A DNA stretch of 64,000 nucleotides from IMG/VR virus record IMGVR_UViG_3300042197_002762, positions 114,479 through 178,478 of that record. One strand, written 5' to 3'. Both the position numbers and the translations under genes were made by a program. This document shows, one piece after another, positions 9,459-18,424 of the stretch. Every line of letters begins with the position of its first letter. Position 1 is the stretch's first letter. Under the pieces are notes generated by a model that saw nothing but the letters and a program-made list of their open reading frames with translations, searched no databases and had not been told where the DNA came from. This DNA is from a virus.

Positions 9459-10036
9459 GGAAGGCTAATCTTGACAAGAGCATAGCCATTTTCATCTAAA
9501 CGGCTTAAGAACTTACCAATAACCACAATACCATCTGTCCCGATACGGCCATTTGAGCCAACATAAGCGGCATCCCCAATATCAGGATTACCGCCTCCGC
9601 CACCACGATTTGTTGTATCAATGTCATTAACAAGAATAAGACCTCTTGTTAATACTGGAACAGCTTGAATATCTTTAATAATAACATCCATTTCGGCGGC
9701 TTTACGTGAATTAAAAATTAATTTTTCTCCATTTTCATCAAATTCACGGATATCTTTAAGCAATACACCAATAGCGGTAGGAACATCGTCGTGACCTACA
9801 ACTGGCTCAACTTGACCAACTAATTCAAAATTTTGGGTTACCGTATTTGGGTAAGTAGCACCTGGAGCAGAAGCGCCTAAATCTAATGGGCCAGCAGTCT
9901 TTTTATCTGTAGCTCCTACTGATTTCCAGCTTCTTTTTGGTTTCACAAGAGTTCCTTTATTTGCAATGGCTGTGCATGCAAAAAAGTTTAAAACTTCATG
10001 TTCATTATAATCTCTAAATGGAAGTAAGTTTGGCAT
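9455..10036 (-). CDS. putative virion head decoration-type protein
   Basis: PFRDYNEHEV..REFDENGEKLIF..RKAAEM..AVPVLTRG resembles capsid-adjacent genes of large phages (recalled). GTGTAA lies 9 nt upstream. Confidence 0.45.
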   Translation of the reverse strand: MPNLLPFRDYNEHEVLNFFACTAIANKGTLVKPKRSWKSVGATDKKTAGPLDLGASAPGATYPNTVTQNFELVGQVEPVVGHDDVPTAIGVLLKDIREFDENGEKLIFNSRKAAEMDVIIKDIQAVPVLTRGLILVNDIDTTNRGGGGGNPDIGDAAYVGSNGRIGTDGIVVIGKFLSRLDENGYALVKISLP

Positions 10037-10079
10037 ATACTCATATTACACTTCGAAAATCAATTTGTCTACTTTTTTT

Positions 10080-11012
10080 TTAAAATAAATTATTTAATTT
10101 ATTAATATTAATAATACCATGCCCAAATAAATTATCCTTACCAATAGGTCCATAATCGTCACAACTTTGTGTTAAAATACTTTTTAATTCTTCTATTGTG
10201 TATTGCTTATTTTGTTTTTTAGCCTCTGAAAGAATAATGGCGACAAGACCAGATAAAAATGGAGCCGCAAAACTAGTTCCATTTACAATCGAATATTGAT
10301 TATTTAAATTAGTTGTTAATATATTTTCCCCAGGTAGCGCAAAATCTGCATTATTACTTCTCGATGAAAAATTCGATATATTTCTATCTTTTCTATACGA
10401 GGTAACCCCTATTGTTTCTGTATAATCGGCAGGAAAACATGAATAATTTTCACCATAATTACCCATTGCACAAATTACCGGAATATTTAATTTATACAAT
10501 TCTTTTAATAAATCATGAAAGATTTCTCCTTGCGGTGATTTACCACCTAAAGACATATTAACTATATCGGGTTTAATTTCTATTGCATATCGTAGTGAAT
10601 TTTCTAAACTAATATTATTACCAAAACCTTTATTGGACAATGTTTTGACTGGAATAATTTTAGAATGAGGTGCGACACCTACCACTCCGAAACCCGAATC
10701 TTTTGCGGATATAACTCCAGCTACAGAAGTTCCATGACCTTGGTGGTCACTATAATCCTCATTTTTTATAAAACTTCTGGCTTTCTCAAAATCGATATTA
10801 TCTTTTAAATCTTCATGGTCGGTGATTCCAGTATCACAAACCATAACGGAAATATTTTCACCTTTATTTTTATTCCATAATTTTGGAACATCGATGTCAA
10901 TTATACCCCAATCTACAATATCTGATAAAGTTGCAACGTCACCAGTTTCAATTATTTCATCACCTGGTAATAAATATTTTTTGCTCACATAAATTATTAC
11001 ACTAAATACCAA
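10080..11012 (-). CDS. subtilisin-like S8 serine protease (true start probably GTG at 10988)
   Basis: Catalytic triad motifs CDTG, HGTSVAG and GTSFAAP. Confidence 0.93.
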   Translation of the reverse strand: MVFSVIIYVSKKYLLPGDEIIETGDVATLSDIVDWGIIDIDVPKLWNKNKGENISVMVCDTGITDHEDLKDNIDFEKARSFIKNEDYSDHQGHGTSVAGVISAKDSGFGVVGVAPHSKIIPVKTLSNKGFGNNISLENSLRYAIEIKPDIVNMSLGGKSPQGEIFHDLLKELYKLNIPVICAMGNYGENYSCFPADYTETIGVTSYRKDRNISNFSSRSNNADFALPGENILTTNLNNQYSIVNGTSFAAPFLSGLVAIILSEAKKQNKQYTIEELKSILTQSCDDYGPIGKDNLFGHGIININKLNNLF

Positions 11013-11802
11013 GATATTTATTCATAGAAAATATATTTTTTAAAACAAGTTTATTTGATTTACTACCTTGTAAATGACAGATATTTTTTATATACGCTTC
11101 TTTACTAATTACGGCCAAATTTCTTGTTTGATGTAAATATGATGAAAATTCTTGTTTATAATGTTTTAATAATTGGAATATCCAAACTTGTTCTAACAAT
11201 AAAGCGGGCATAAATGGCATAAAATTTAAAGATTCTTTACTGTTTAATTTTTGATTAATGCTTTGTTTATTTTCTATAATAAAATTAATGATCTCTTCGC
11301 ATATATCTTGTATTAATTTGAAATTTTTACCACCAAATAGGGCACAATTATAAGACCTATTTATAAACGATTTTGTATTGCTTGGCCTTAATTCAAAATA
11401 ATTTTGATATTCTTCTACCAAAGGATCTAAATGAAATTCATTGTGATAGAAAACAACCTCTTTATTTAAAAAATCTTGATCAAAATTTTTAAACAAAAAT
11501 ATATCATAGTCCATATGAATAAAAGGCTCGTTTATTCTTAATAAAGAAAATAATTTACCTATACTCCACATTTGGTCAGGTATCTCATTAAATCTATCGT
11601 CATTTAATTCATGGTGCTCATTAAATTTAATATCTTCAAATGATTCCAAAGATTTTTTGTCTCCATAAAAACAGGTTTTGTAACCATGGCTTTGGACTAA
11701 AAAATTAGACAATTTTGCCATTTCTAAATTAATTTTTAACTTTTCATCGTTCATGCCATTTTTGAATCTAGACATATATACGTTACTAAAAACAGTCTTC
11801 AT
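11002..11802 (-). CDS. glycosyltransferase-like protein (DUF6734-like)
   Basis: WSIGKL, PFIHMDYDIFL and NCALFGG motifs. Confidence 0.55.
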   Translation of the reverse strand: MKTVFSNVYMSRFKNGMNDEKLKINLEMAKLSNFLVQSHGYKTCFYGDKKSLESFEDIKFNEHHELNDDRFNEIPDQMWSIGKLFSLLRINEPFIHMDYDIFLFKNFDQDFLNKEVVFYHNEFHLDPLVEEYQNYFELRPSNTKSFINRSYNCALFGGKNFKLIQDICEEIINFIIENKQSINQKLNSKESLNFMPFMPALLLEQVWIFQLLKHYKQEFSSYLHQTRNLAVISKEAYIKNICHLQGSKSNKLVLKNIFSMNKYLGI

Positions 11803-11822
11803 ATTTTTATTATACTTATAAG

Positions 11823-12850
11823 ATGTATTTACATATAATATTTGTAATGATAAAAGTAGTAAATCATTTATTTGGAAACGATTTAATAAAAAACAATTTT
11901 TATTTATCGCAATTCAAGAATATTATATTTGATACAGACGATATTGATTTAGTAAAAGTACAGATATATTCACGTTTTATGGAGAATTTTGATATTTATA
12001 ATGTTCAATTTAAATTTGAGAAAGTTAAAGATTTACCCACTGATGATGAATTTACCATGTTTATTTCAAAATATCAAATAGCGTGGGATAAATTATATTT
12101 AGAAAATATTGAATATTAAACTTATATATAGATAATGGATTTACAACAACTTCTAAATATGGAACAGTTAGACGGATTACATCTTGATGTAATGTTTGGG
12201 GCTGTACCAAAACGTCTTGTGGGAGATGTTTCGAAAAAGTTTAATAAACGTAAAACAAAAAATTTGTTTTATATTATTTTCGGAGTTTATTTAAAAGAGT
12301 CTAATCAATATATTGTTTTTACGAGCGTATTTAAATCTTCAAAGAAAAAGGTTGATGGGCAATGGTTTTCTGAAGTTATGGTAGATTCCGCAGTGTTTGA
12401 AGATAAGCAAAAAGTTCTTGATTATCTTTATGATTTCATGGACCATTTTGAAGATCACGATAGAATTATTAATGAAGAAATAATGAGTATGGGAATGATG
12501 CCAGCAATTGATGCTTTTCATTATTTGCTAGTTTGGAATAAAGGTATTTTTGATTATTTCAATGTATTTATTGAGAGCGAAAATAAAAAAAGATCTGGAC
12601 TTTTTAAGAAATTATTGGGATAATATCTATTATGTATTGGCCATCTATGCAAGTATTAAAAAGTAGTGAGCTTTGGAAAAAGCTTGATAAAAAAATGAAA
12701 TGGACTTTTATGGGAATGTGGACCGTTGAAGATTCGCAAATGCATTCCGATCATCCAGAATATAAAGTAGAGCCAAATATGGCTTATCTCAACAAAAGAA
12801 AAACAGGTTTTAAACCTCGCCTACAAAGAGACGAAGAATCGGAAGATTAA
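11823..12850 (+). CDS. three consecutive hypothetical ORFs (11823-12119, 12135-12623, 12632-12850)
   Basis: Co-oriented, closely packed ORFs with no recognisable motifs. Confidence 0.5.
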
Positions 12851-13185
12851 TTTTGATAGGTAATATAAGCAAACACTGGAGCATTTCCAGATGTAGCCGC
12901 TAGTCTAATCTCAGCTATTGGAGAATCAAAAAAGATAGGATCTCCATAACCAGCCCCAACCCCAGTTGCTGTGTAAAAAGAGACAGCTTCTGCTGAACCA
13001 CCCGCTAAAAACATTGGGTTTTGATTTAATTGTGTTTTAGCCTGTAAATCAATATTAACACTAGAACCACTAGCATAAACTACAATAAAACCATTTTTAC
13101 ATAATGCTGTGTTTACCCATTGACCAGTAAAAGGAGCTACTTGTCCAGTTGCCAAATATTCTGTTTTAATAAGAGAAGGATTCAT
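12847..13185 (-). CDS. putative small structural protein
   Basis: Beta-rich, Gly/Ala-rich; GTGTAA lies 10 nt upstream. Confidence 0.5.
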   Translation of the reverse strand: MNPSLIKTEYLATGQVAPFTGQWVNTALCKNGFIVVYASGSSVNIDLQAKTQLNQNPMFLAGGSAEAVSFYTATGVGAGYGDPIFFDSPIAEIRLAATSGNAPVFAYITYQN

Positions 13186-13242
13186 TACTTTTTATTTACA
13201 CATAAAATAGATAGTTTATATTTTAAAAATTAAAATAATTAA

Positions 13243-13662
13243 ATGAATCGAGAGAAAACAATACAATTTTTACGTCAAATTTGTTTGCAATATGATGTAA
13301 AAGTTAAATTTAGGTCACGTTTTCATAAAGATCTTGATGGTGAAGCAGATGTTGAAAATGAAATAATTTATATAGATAAAAAACTAACAAGAAAAGCTAT
13401 GGCAGAAGCAGTATTTCACGAACTAGGACATATATACTGTTACAGAAAAGGGATTTGGAAAAAATTCCATAAAGAACATGATTATTCAGCAATTAAATCT
13501 TTCAAAGCTGAAAATTGGATTGAACATTGGGCCAAACGTGAATGGGACGCATGGGGAATGAGAAAAATATTTGGACAATATCGCTTTTCTTATTTAAAGA
13601 GCGAGCAAAAAAAATTAGTTAAATGGATTAAAAAACATTTTAGAATACCTAAAATAAATTAA
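13243..13662 (+). CDS. ImmA/IrrE-like Zn metalloendopeptidase
   Basis: AVFHELGHI motif and ExxA downstream. Confidence 0.65.
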   Translation: MNREKTIQFLRQICLQYDVKVKFRSRFHKDLDGEADVENEIIYIDKKLTRKAMAEAVFHELGHIYCYRKGIWKKFHKEHDYSAIKSFKAENWIEHWAKREWDAWGMRKIFGQYRFSYLKSEQKKLVKWIKKHFRIPKIN

Positions 13663-14114
13663 CATCCACAAGTATAAGGCCAAGGGCGATTACATGGATT
13701 ACAAATCCATCTTGGCGGAGTCACAGCGCGAGTAATTCTTACGCCACGATCTCTCCAGCATTTTAAAGGAGTAAACGTGGCTGTAATATACCATAATCCA
13801 CGACCTATACCACACTGTTCCCACGTTTTACCAGGAATAATTAATTTGCCATTTTTTAATGTTCCAATATTATTACTAGAATAAGCATGATATTGAATAG
13901 AACCAGGTATTCTAATTATTTTAGTAACACCACTACCCCCAGGGCAAGTGTTGTTACCTCTAACAGAAACGTAACTATTTACTGATATAGCTGATTGTGG
14001 TGCCCATGAACCCACAAATTCTGTGCCTATTTTTTGATTGCGATAATAAGAACCCTTTAAATTAGCTGTCCAAGCTAATGATACTGTATTTAGTTGTCCT
14101 GTCCAAGCTGCCAT
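13659..14114 (-). CDS. Cys/Gly-rich hypothetical (late) protein
   Basis: 151 aa ending in CNPCNRPWPYTCGC. Confidence 0.55.
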   Translation of the reverse strand: MAAWTGQLNTVSLAWTANLKGSYYRNQKIGTEFVGSWAPQSAISVNSYVSVRGNNTCPGGSGVTKIIRIPGSIQYHAYSSNNIGTLKNGKLIIPGKTWEQCGIGRGLWYITATFTPLKCWRDRGVRITRAVTPPRWICNPCNRPWPYTCGC

Positions 14115-14128
14115 ATTTTATATTTCTA

Positions 14129-15877
14129 TTATGTTACGATTTTTGGTTTTGCTGGTAATTGGTTATTTCCAGTCCAATTACAGCTTCTTGGATTGGAAGG
14201 GTCATAAAAAGTTTGACATCTTGTTGGTATTATACTATCATTTGGAAGTCTAATTCCAGCAGAAGTTGCAATACCACTTTGTTGACATTGGATTATTATT
14301 CCTGTTGGGGTAATAACTTCATAACATTTGGAGCCTGTTGGCCAACTTCCCGAGTTAAATAATTTAACAACTTTTTTAACTCTATTATTATTTTTTGTAA
14401 AACCTTTATCCCAAAGAGTTCCGAATAATTTTGCACGAGCGTCTTTTTCAGCACGATTTTTTGCTATGTATTGGGGCTCATTATATGATTTATTACTATA
14501 AGCAATTTTTTTAGAAAAGAAAGTTCCAAATAAACCATTTTCGATACTTTTATCATCAATATAATGTGTATGGGTTGTTCCATTTCCTGATAAAACTCCA
14601 GTTCCAGAAACAAAATAATTTACAGAGTAAAAATCAAATTGCAAATTATTCGAACCATAATCACCATTTTTTGTTCTTACAACTTCTATTTGAAAAGGCG
14701 TCCCACTTGGAATAATACCATTCCAAGTACCTGTATTCATTGCATCTTTTCTATAAACTGGTTCATATAATTTGTAGAAATTAGTATTTGCTAATGGAAC
14801 ATTTTGTTTAAGTCTAACTTGTTCTAAGTTTACAAATTCAACAAACGAGTTATCAGAACCACTAGTAAAACCAGAACCAGAAATAAATGTTCCGGATTCT
14901 GGGAACTTTCTATAACTTAAACCACTAAAAGCAGTATCTTCACTAGAAACAGAAATTAAACTGCCACTTCTTAATATATATACATCTCTAGTACCAACAA
15001 CTTGACCATTTTTTCCAGTTTTTGGTGCTGCATTTGGTCTTCCAGAAAGTTCAGCCCAAAATCCCGAAAAGGTTTCTACTTTATGAGGGCTTACGTAAAC
15101 AATATTTTTTGTATTTATTCCTGTACTGATTATGATTAAATCCTTTATACCAGTAGTAACATTATTACCACTCAATGAAAATATATTTTTAATTTTAGGA
15201 ACAACAACTAAATCATGCCTAAAGGCTGGAAAGGATTTGGTTTCATAAGAGTGTGGATAAGTAGCCCATCTGGCACCGCTTGGTAAATTGCCACTAGTAT
15301 TACCAACTAAAACGCCAGTTTCACCTAAACCAGAACCATATATTTTATTTTTGTTATAAGAAACTCTTGTGGTAGCAATTTTATAAAATTGAGAAAACCC
15401 TGTAGTTAACTTGAAATATCTTTCTTTTTCTCCAAATCTTATTCCGGTAACTCCAGATACTACGAAAGTTTGCTCTGGAGAAGAAGTTAAACGACTAAAT
15501 GAAGCAAAAATAGGATCATAAGGATTATCTGGATATACTTGATTATAGACAGAATAATTTAATAATTCACCATTGGTTTGAATAGAACTTTCTGATTCTG
15601 CATAAAAATAATTCGTTTGACGAATATCGGAATTTTGAATTTCAACATATTTTTCTCCATTAGCCTCTTCTGAAACTAATGTTAAAACTTGCTTTGGTTT
15701 TCTTAAAGTTCCCAAGTTGATATTTTTTATTCTTATATTTGTATAAGATAAAGGCTCTTTTGTTTTTTTATCAAAAGATATGGGTGATAAATTTTCTAAA
15801 TCTTTTTTAAGATTATCTACTTGTGAACGATCAATTAGGCCAAGGCCTAATTTTCTTCTTTTATAATTGCTATTCAT
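14129..15877 (-). CDS. putative virion structural protein
   Basis: 582 aa, rich in SG/TG like the other minus-strand tail-type proteins. Confidence 0.55.
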   Translation of the reverse strand: MNSNYKRRKLGLGLIDRSQVDNLKKDLENLSPISFDKKTKEPLSYTNIRIKNINLGTLRKPKQVLTLVSEEANGEKYVEIQNSDIRQTNYFYAESESSIQTNGELLNYSVYNQVYPDNPYDPIFASFSRLTSSPEQTFVVSGVTGIRFGEKERYFKLTTGFSQFYKIATTRVSYNKNKIYGSGLGETGVLVGNTSGNLPSGARWATYPHSYETKSFPAFRHDLVVVPKIKNIFSLSGNNVTTGIKDLIIISTGINTKNIVYVSPHKVETFSGFWAELSGRPNAAPKTGKNGQVVGTRDVYILRSGSLISVSSEDTAFSGLSYRKFPESGTFISGSGFTSGSDNSFVEFVNLEQVRLKQNVPLANTNFYKLYEPVYRKDAMNTGTWNGIIPSGTPFQIEVVRTKNGDYGSNNLQFDFYSVNYFVSGTGVLSGNGTTHTHYIDDKSIENGLFGTFFSKKIAYSNKSYNEPQYIAKNRAEKDARAKLFGTLWDKGFTKNNNRVKKVVKLFNSGSWPTGSKCYEVITPTGIIIQCQQSGIATSAGIRLPNDSIIPTRCQTFYDPSNPRSCNWTGNNQLPAKPKIVT

Positions 15878-15884
15878 TATGTTT

Positions 15885-16252
15885 AATCCGCCATCCAGAT
15901 GTCAGTTACTAACCTAAGTTCGTCCACGACCAGTGAACTACCCTAGGATTTGGGTCCGAATCTAGTAGGTCTCCGAACCAGCTCGGCAAAACTTTGTGTC
16001 TTGACTGTTGAGTGGCTCAATGCAACAATGATGTTATCGTATACTTGTTTATAATATACTTCTTTATGTCACCATAAAGGTCAGACTATATCTTCTTTCT
16101 TACGAAAGTTCGGGCGCTCGTGGGCCGTATTATTGTTGGGACTCAACAGCCTAGTCGTTACACCTTCCATCTTATCTTTCCCAGATGGCTTGGATCGGGA
16201 TTGTCTTTATTTCTAAAGAGTTTCCCCGAATTCACCCGATAACGGACTTGCT
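15885..16252 (-). ncRNA. group I intron-type ribozyme (IA-like, with P7.1), stand-alone and possibly circularly permuted
   Basis: Minus strand: P3 TCGGGTG/CGCCCGA, P4 TCGGGG/TCCCGA, P5 TCTTTA-GAAA-TAAAGA, R GGTGTAACGACTAG, S AAGATATAGTC (P7 GACTA/TAGTC), P8 CTTTC-GTAA-GAAAG, P9 CTTTATG-GTGA-CATAAAG. Confidence 0.88.
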
Positions 16253-16330
16253 AAAATTTTAAAGAACTATTTATTATTACACATTATTTTTTAAATAGAC
16301 TTAAATTTTAAATTAAAGTATAATAAAATT

Positions 16331-16591
16331 ATGATCGCAGAAATATTTGGAATAATAATGACATTAAGTTTTATGTTGTGTTATCTTCCTCAAATTGTTA
16401 AAATTTATAAAAATAAATCATCAGAAGGCGTATCTTTAATGCTTGTAATTATGTGCATAATTGGGTATATATCTGGGATGATATATATGTTTTTAACCCA
16501 GTTTGGAATTTGGTGGTTTGCAAATTATTCTGTTGGGTTAATAATGTGTATAATACTTGTTTATGCTTGGTTTAAATTTGCAGAAAAATAG
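16331..16591 (+). CDS. PQ-loop / SemiSWEET-like membrane protein
   Basis: CYLPQIVKIYKNKSSEGVS motif and three TM helices. Confidence 0.8.
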   Translation: MIAEIFGIIMTLSFMLCYLPQIVKIYKNKSSEGVSLMLVIMCIIGYISGMIYMFLTQFGIWWFANYSVGLIMCIILVYAWFKFAEK

Positions 16592-16594
16592 TTT

Positions 16595-16668
16595 GGGGGA
16601 TTGTTGTAATGGTAGCGAGCGGCCTTTACACGGCTGAAGCAGGAGTTCGATTCTCTTATCCCCTACCA
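16595..16668 (+). tRNA. tRNA-Val(TAC)
   Basis: Acceptor GGGGGAT/ATCCCCT, loop TTTACAC, T-arm AGGAG-TTCGATT-CTCTT, encoded CCA. Confidence 0.9.
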
Positions 16669-16706
16669 TTAAATGTCTTTAGTGGTATATTGGTGTAATC
16701 ACATAT

Positions 16707-17243
16707 ATGACCACTATTTTAAAAGAATATATCATTAAGGATAAACATGGAAAGAGCCGTAGTCATGTTGATTTTAAATGTGATTTTTGTTCTAAAAAAC
16801 ATACTAAAGAAAAAAGATTAGTTAAAAATAATAATTTTTGTTCAGTTTTATGTTCCAATAATTTTAGATATAAAGATGTAAAAAAAATTAAAACAAAATG
16901 CGCATATTGTAAACAAGATATTATTCGAAGTCCATCTAAACATCGAGCTAAGTCTGGTTTATGTTTTTGCTCTAAGAAATGCAAAGACGAAGGTCAAAAA
17001 ATTAAAAACAATATACAAGATGTTTGGCCATCTCATTATGGTTTGGCAAATGGTTTCCATTCTTACAGAAAACTAGCTTTATCTCATTATGAAAAAAAAT
17101 GTGCAAAATGTGGATATAAAAAAATTCCAGATATTTTACAGGTGCATCATATAGATCATAATCGAAGCAATAATGATATTAATAATTTACAAATTTTATG
17201 CCCTAATTGTCATTCTATAGAGCATTTGTGTAAAAAAGATTGA
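16707..17243 (+). CDS. HNH endonuclease with N-terminal Zn-ribbon repeats (free-standing homing type)
   Basis: CxxC..VHHIDHNRSNN..NL..LCPNCH motif and several CxxC/FCSxxC motifs. Confidence 0.88.
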   Translation: MTTILKEYIIKDKHGKSRSHVDFKCDFCSKKHTKEKRLVKNNNFCSVLCSNNFRYKDVKKIKTKCAYCKQDIIRSPSKHRAKSGLCFCSKKCKDEGQKIKNNIQDVWPSHYGLANGFHSYRKLALSHYEKKCAKCGYKKIPDILQVHHIDHNRSNNDINNLQILCPNCHSIEHLCKKD

Positions 17244-17341
17244 CTTTATAAATAAAATTTGGGATTATCTCGTAAAAGGAGCCGACTTTCCGCTGGTTGT
17301 GGTTTTCCCAGAGCAGTCGCGGGTAAACTGCTCACATTTAA

Positions 17342-17414
17342 GGGGGTGTAGCTCATCTGGTAGAGCAGGACCTTTGCAAGGTCAAGGTAGCAGGTTCGAA
17401 CCCTGTCACCTCCA
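17342..17414 (+). tRNA. tRNA-Ala(TGC)
   Basis: Acceptor GGGGGTG/CACCTCC with G3:U70; loop TTTGCAA. Confidence 0.92.
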
Positions 17415-17419
17415 TAAAA

Positions 17420-17501
17420 GCTCAAATGGCGAAACTGGCAGACGCGACAGACTTAGGATCTGTTTCCGTAAGGAGTGTGGGTTCAACTCCCTCTTTGAGC
17501 A
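17420..17501 (+). tRNA. tRNA-Leu(TAG)
   Basis: Acceptor GCTCAAA/TTTGAGC, loop CTTAGGA, long variable arm. Confidence 0.92.
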
Positions 17502-17503
17502 TT

Positions 17504-17941
17504 TTATTCAACAGTGCATTCACCATCACAATTATTAAAACAAAGACTAACATCAAATTCTTCACATTCTAATAATGTTGATGGATATGGTTTGTAAGCA
17601 GGGTTTGGTTCTATAACTCCAGTTTCAGGATTTGTATAAGCAGCTTGATTACAAGGGGCGGGCTGAGCATTTAAACAATCGTTTACCCATTGTTTTGCTT
17701 GATTTTTCAGCGCTTCTATTAATTCGTCTTTATAAGATGCTATTATAGCATCATCAGCAGCCCCTTTACATTCTTTTTGTATTTTTGATTCATCATCATA
17801 AAAAACAATAAAATCAAAATTATATACAGGTTCAGAATTAGGAGCTATCTCGCCCCCAAAATCTGCCGAGCCACAAACTCCACCCTGAACATCTACACAA
17901 CAATTCGAACATTTACCATTGTTTTTACTAGTGGTACTCAT
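17504..17941 (-). CDS. Cys-rich hypothetical protein (MSTxS family)
   Basis: MSTTSKNNGKCSNCC start and Cys-rich C-terminus. Confidence 0.6.
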   Translation of the reverse strand: MSTTSKNNGKCSNCCVDVQGGVCGSADFGGEIAPNSEPVYNFDFIVFYDDESKIQKECKGAADDAIIASYKDELIEALKNQAKQWVNDCLNAQPAPCNQAAYTNPETGVIEPNPAYKPYPSTLLECEEFDVSLCFNNCDGECTVE

Positions 17942-17948
17942 AAAGTAA

Positions 17949-18359
17949 TTATTGTGGGGAAATATCTACATTTCCAATATCAACATCAGCAGTAGCGCCG
18001 CCACCACTTTCTGCATCAATGGTAGCAGCAAAGTCAGCGCATACCTCAAATGATTGACCATTTTCAAAATAGAAGGTATCCCATCTTTCTCTAATATATT
18101 GTGCTAAAGCATCTGCTAATGCTTGCGCCAAAGCATTTTCAAGTGCTGTTTGGGCATTTTGTTTTAAAGGTTTATCAGACTGTTGATTTGTTATATCTGG
18201 CCCCGTAGGAGAAGTTAAATCAAAAGTTCCAGAACCTCCCGTGTGTGGCGTCGTTGGGTCGATTTCAATTGTAAATGTCATGCATCCGTTTCCATCTACA
18301 GCTCTTTGACATGAGTTGTTATTGTTAGATTTAGTGTTGGCGGTTGAAGATGTGCTCAT
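17949..18359 (-). CDS. hypothetical protein (MSTxS family)
   Basis: MSTSSTANTKS start; GTGTAA upstream (18385-18390). Confidence 0.6.
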   Translation of the reverse strand: MSTSSTANTKSNNNNSCQRAVDGNGCMTFTIEIDPTTPHTGGSGTFDLTSPTGPDITNQQSDKPLKQNAQTALENALAQALADALAQYIRERWDTFYFENGQSFEVCADFAATIDAESGGGATADVDIGNVDISPQ

Positions 18360-18424
18360 TTATTTTTATAACGATATTATAGTATTACACCTTTTTATAC
18401 TTGATTTATAAAATTTATTTGAAA

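Noticed and set aside
15960-15990. Group II intron domain V (GCCG..GGTTCGGAG..CCTAC on the minus strand)
   Set aside because: Too short, and it does not form the ~34-nt D5 hairpin.
17281-17333. HDV-like theta ribozyme
   Set aside because: It lies 5' of the tRNA, the P1' strand is offset and there is no J4/2 catalytic C segment.
17299-17538. 79-aa ORF
   Set aside because: It overlaps tRNA-Ala and tRNA-Leu and is spurious.
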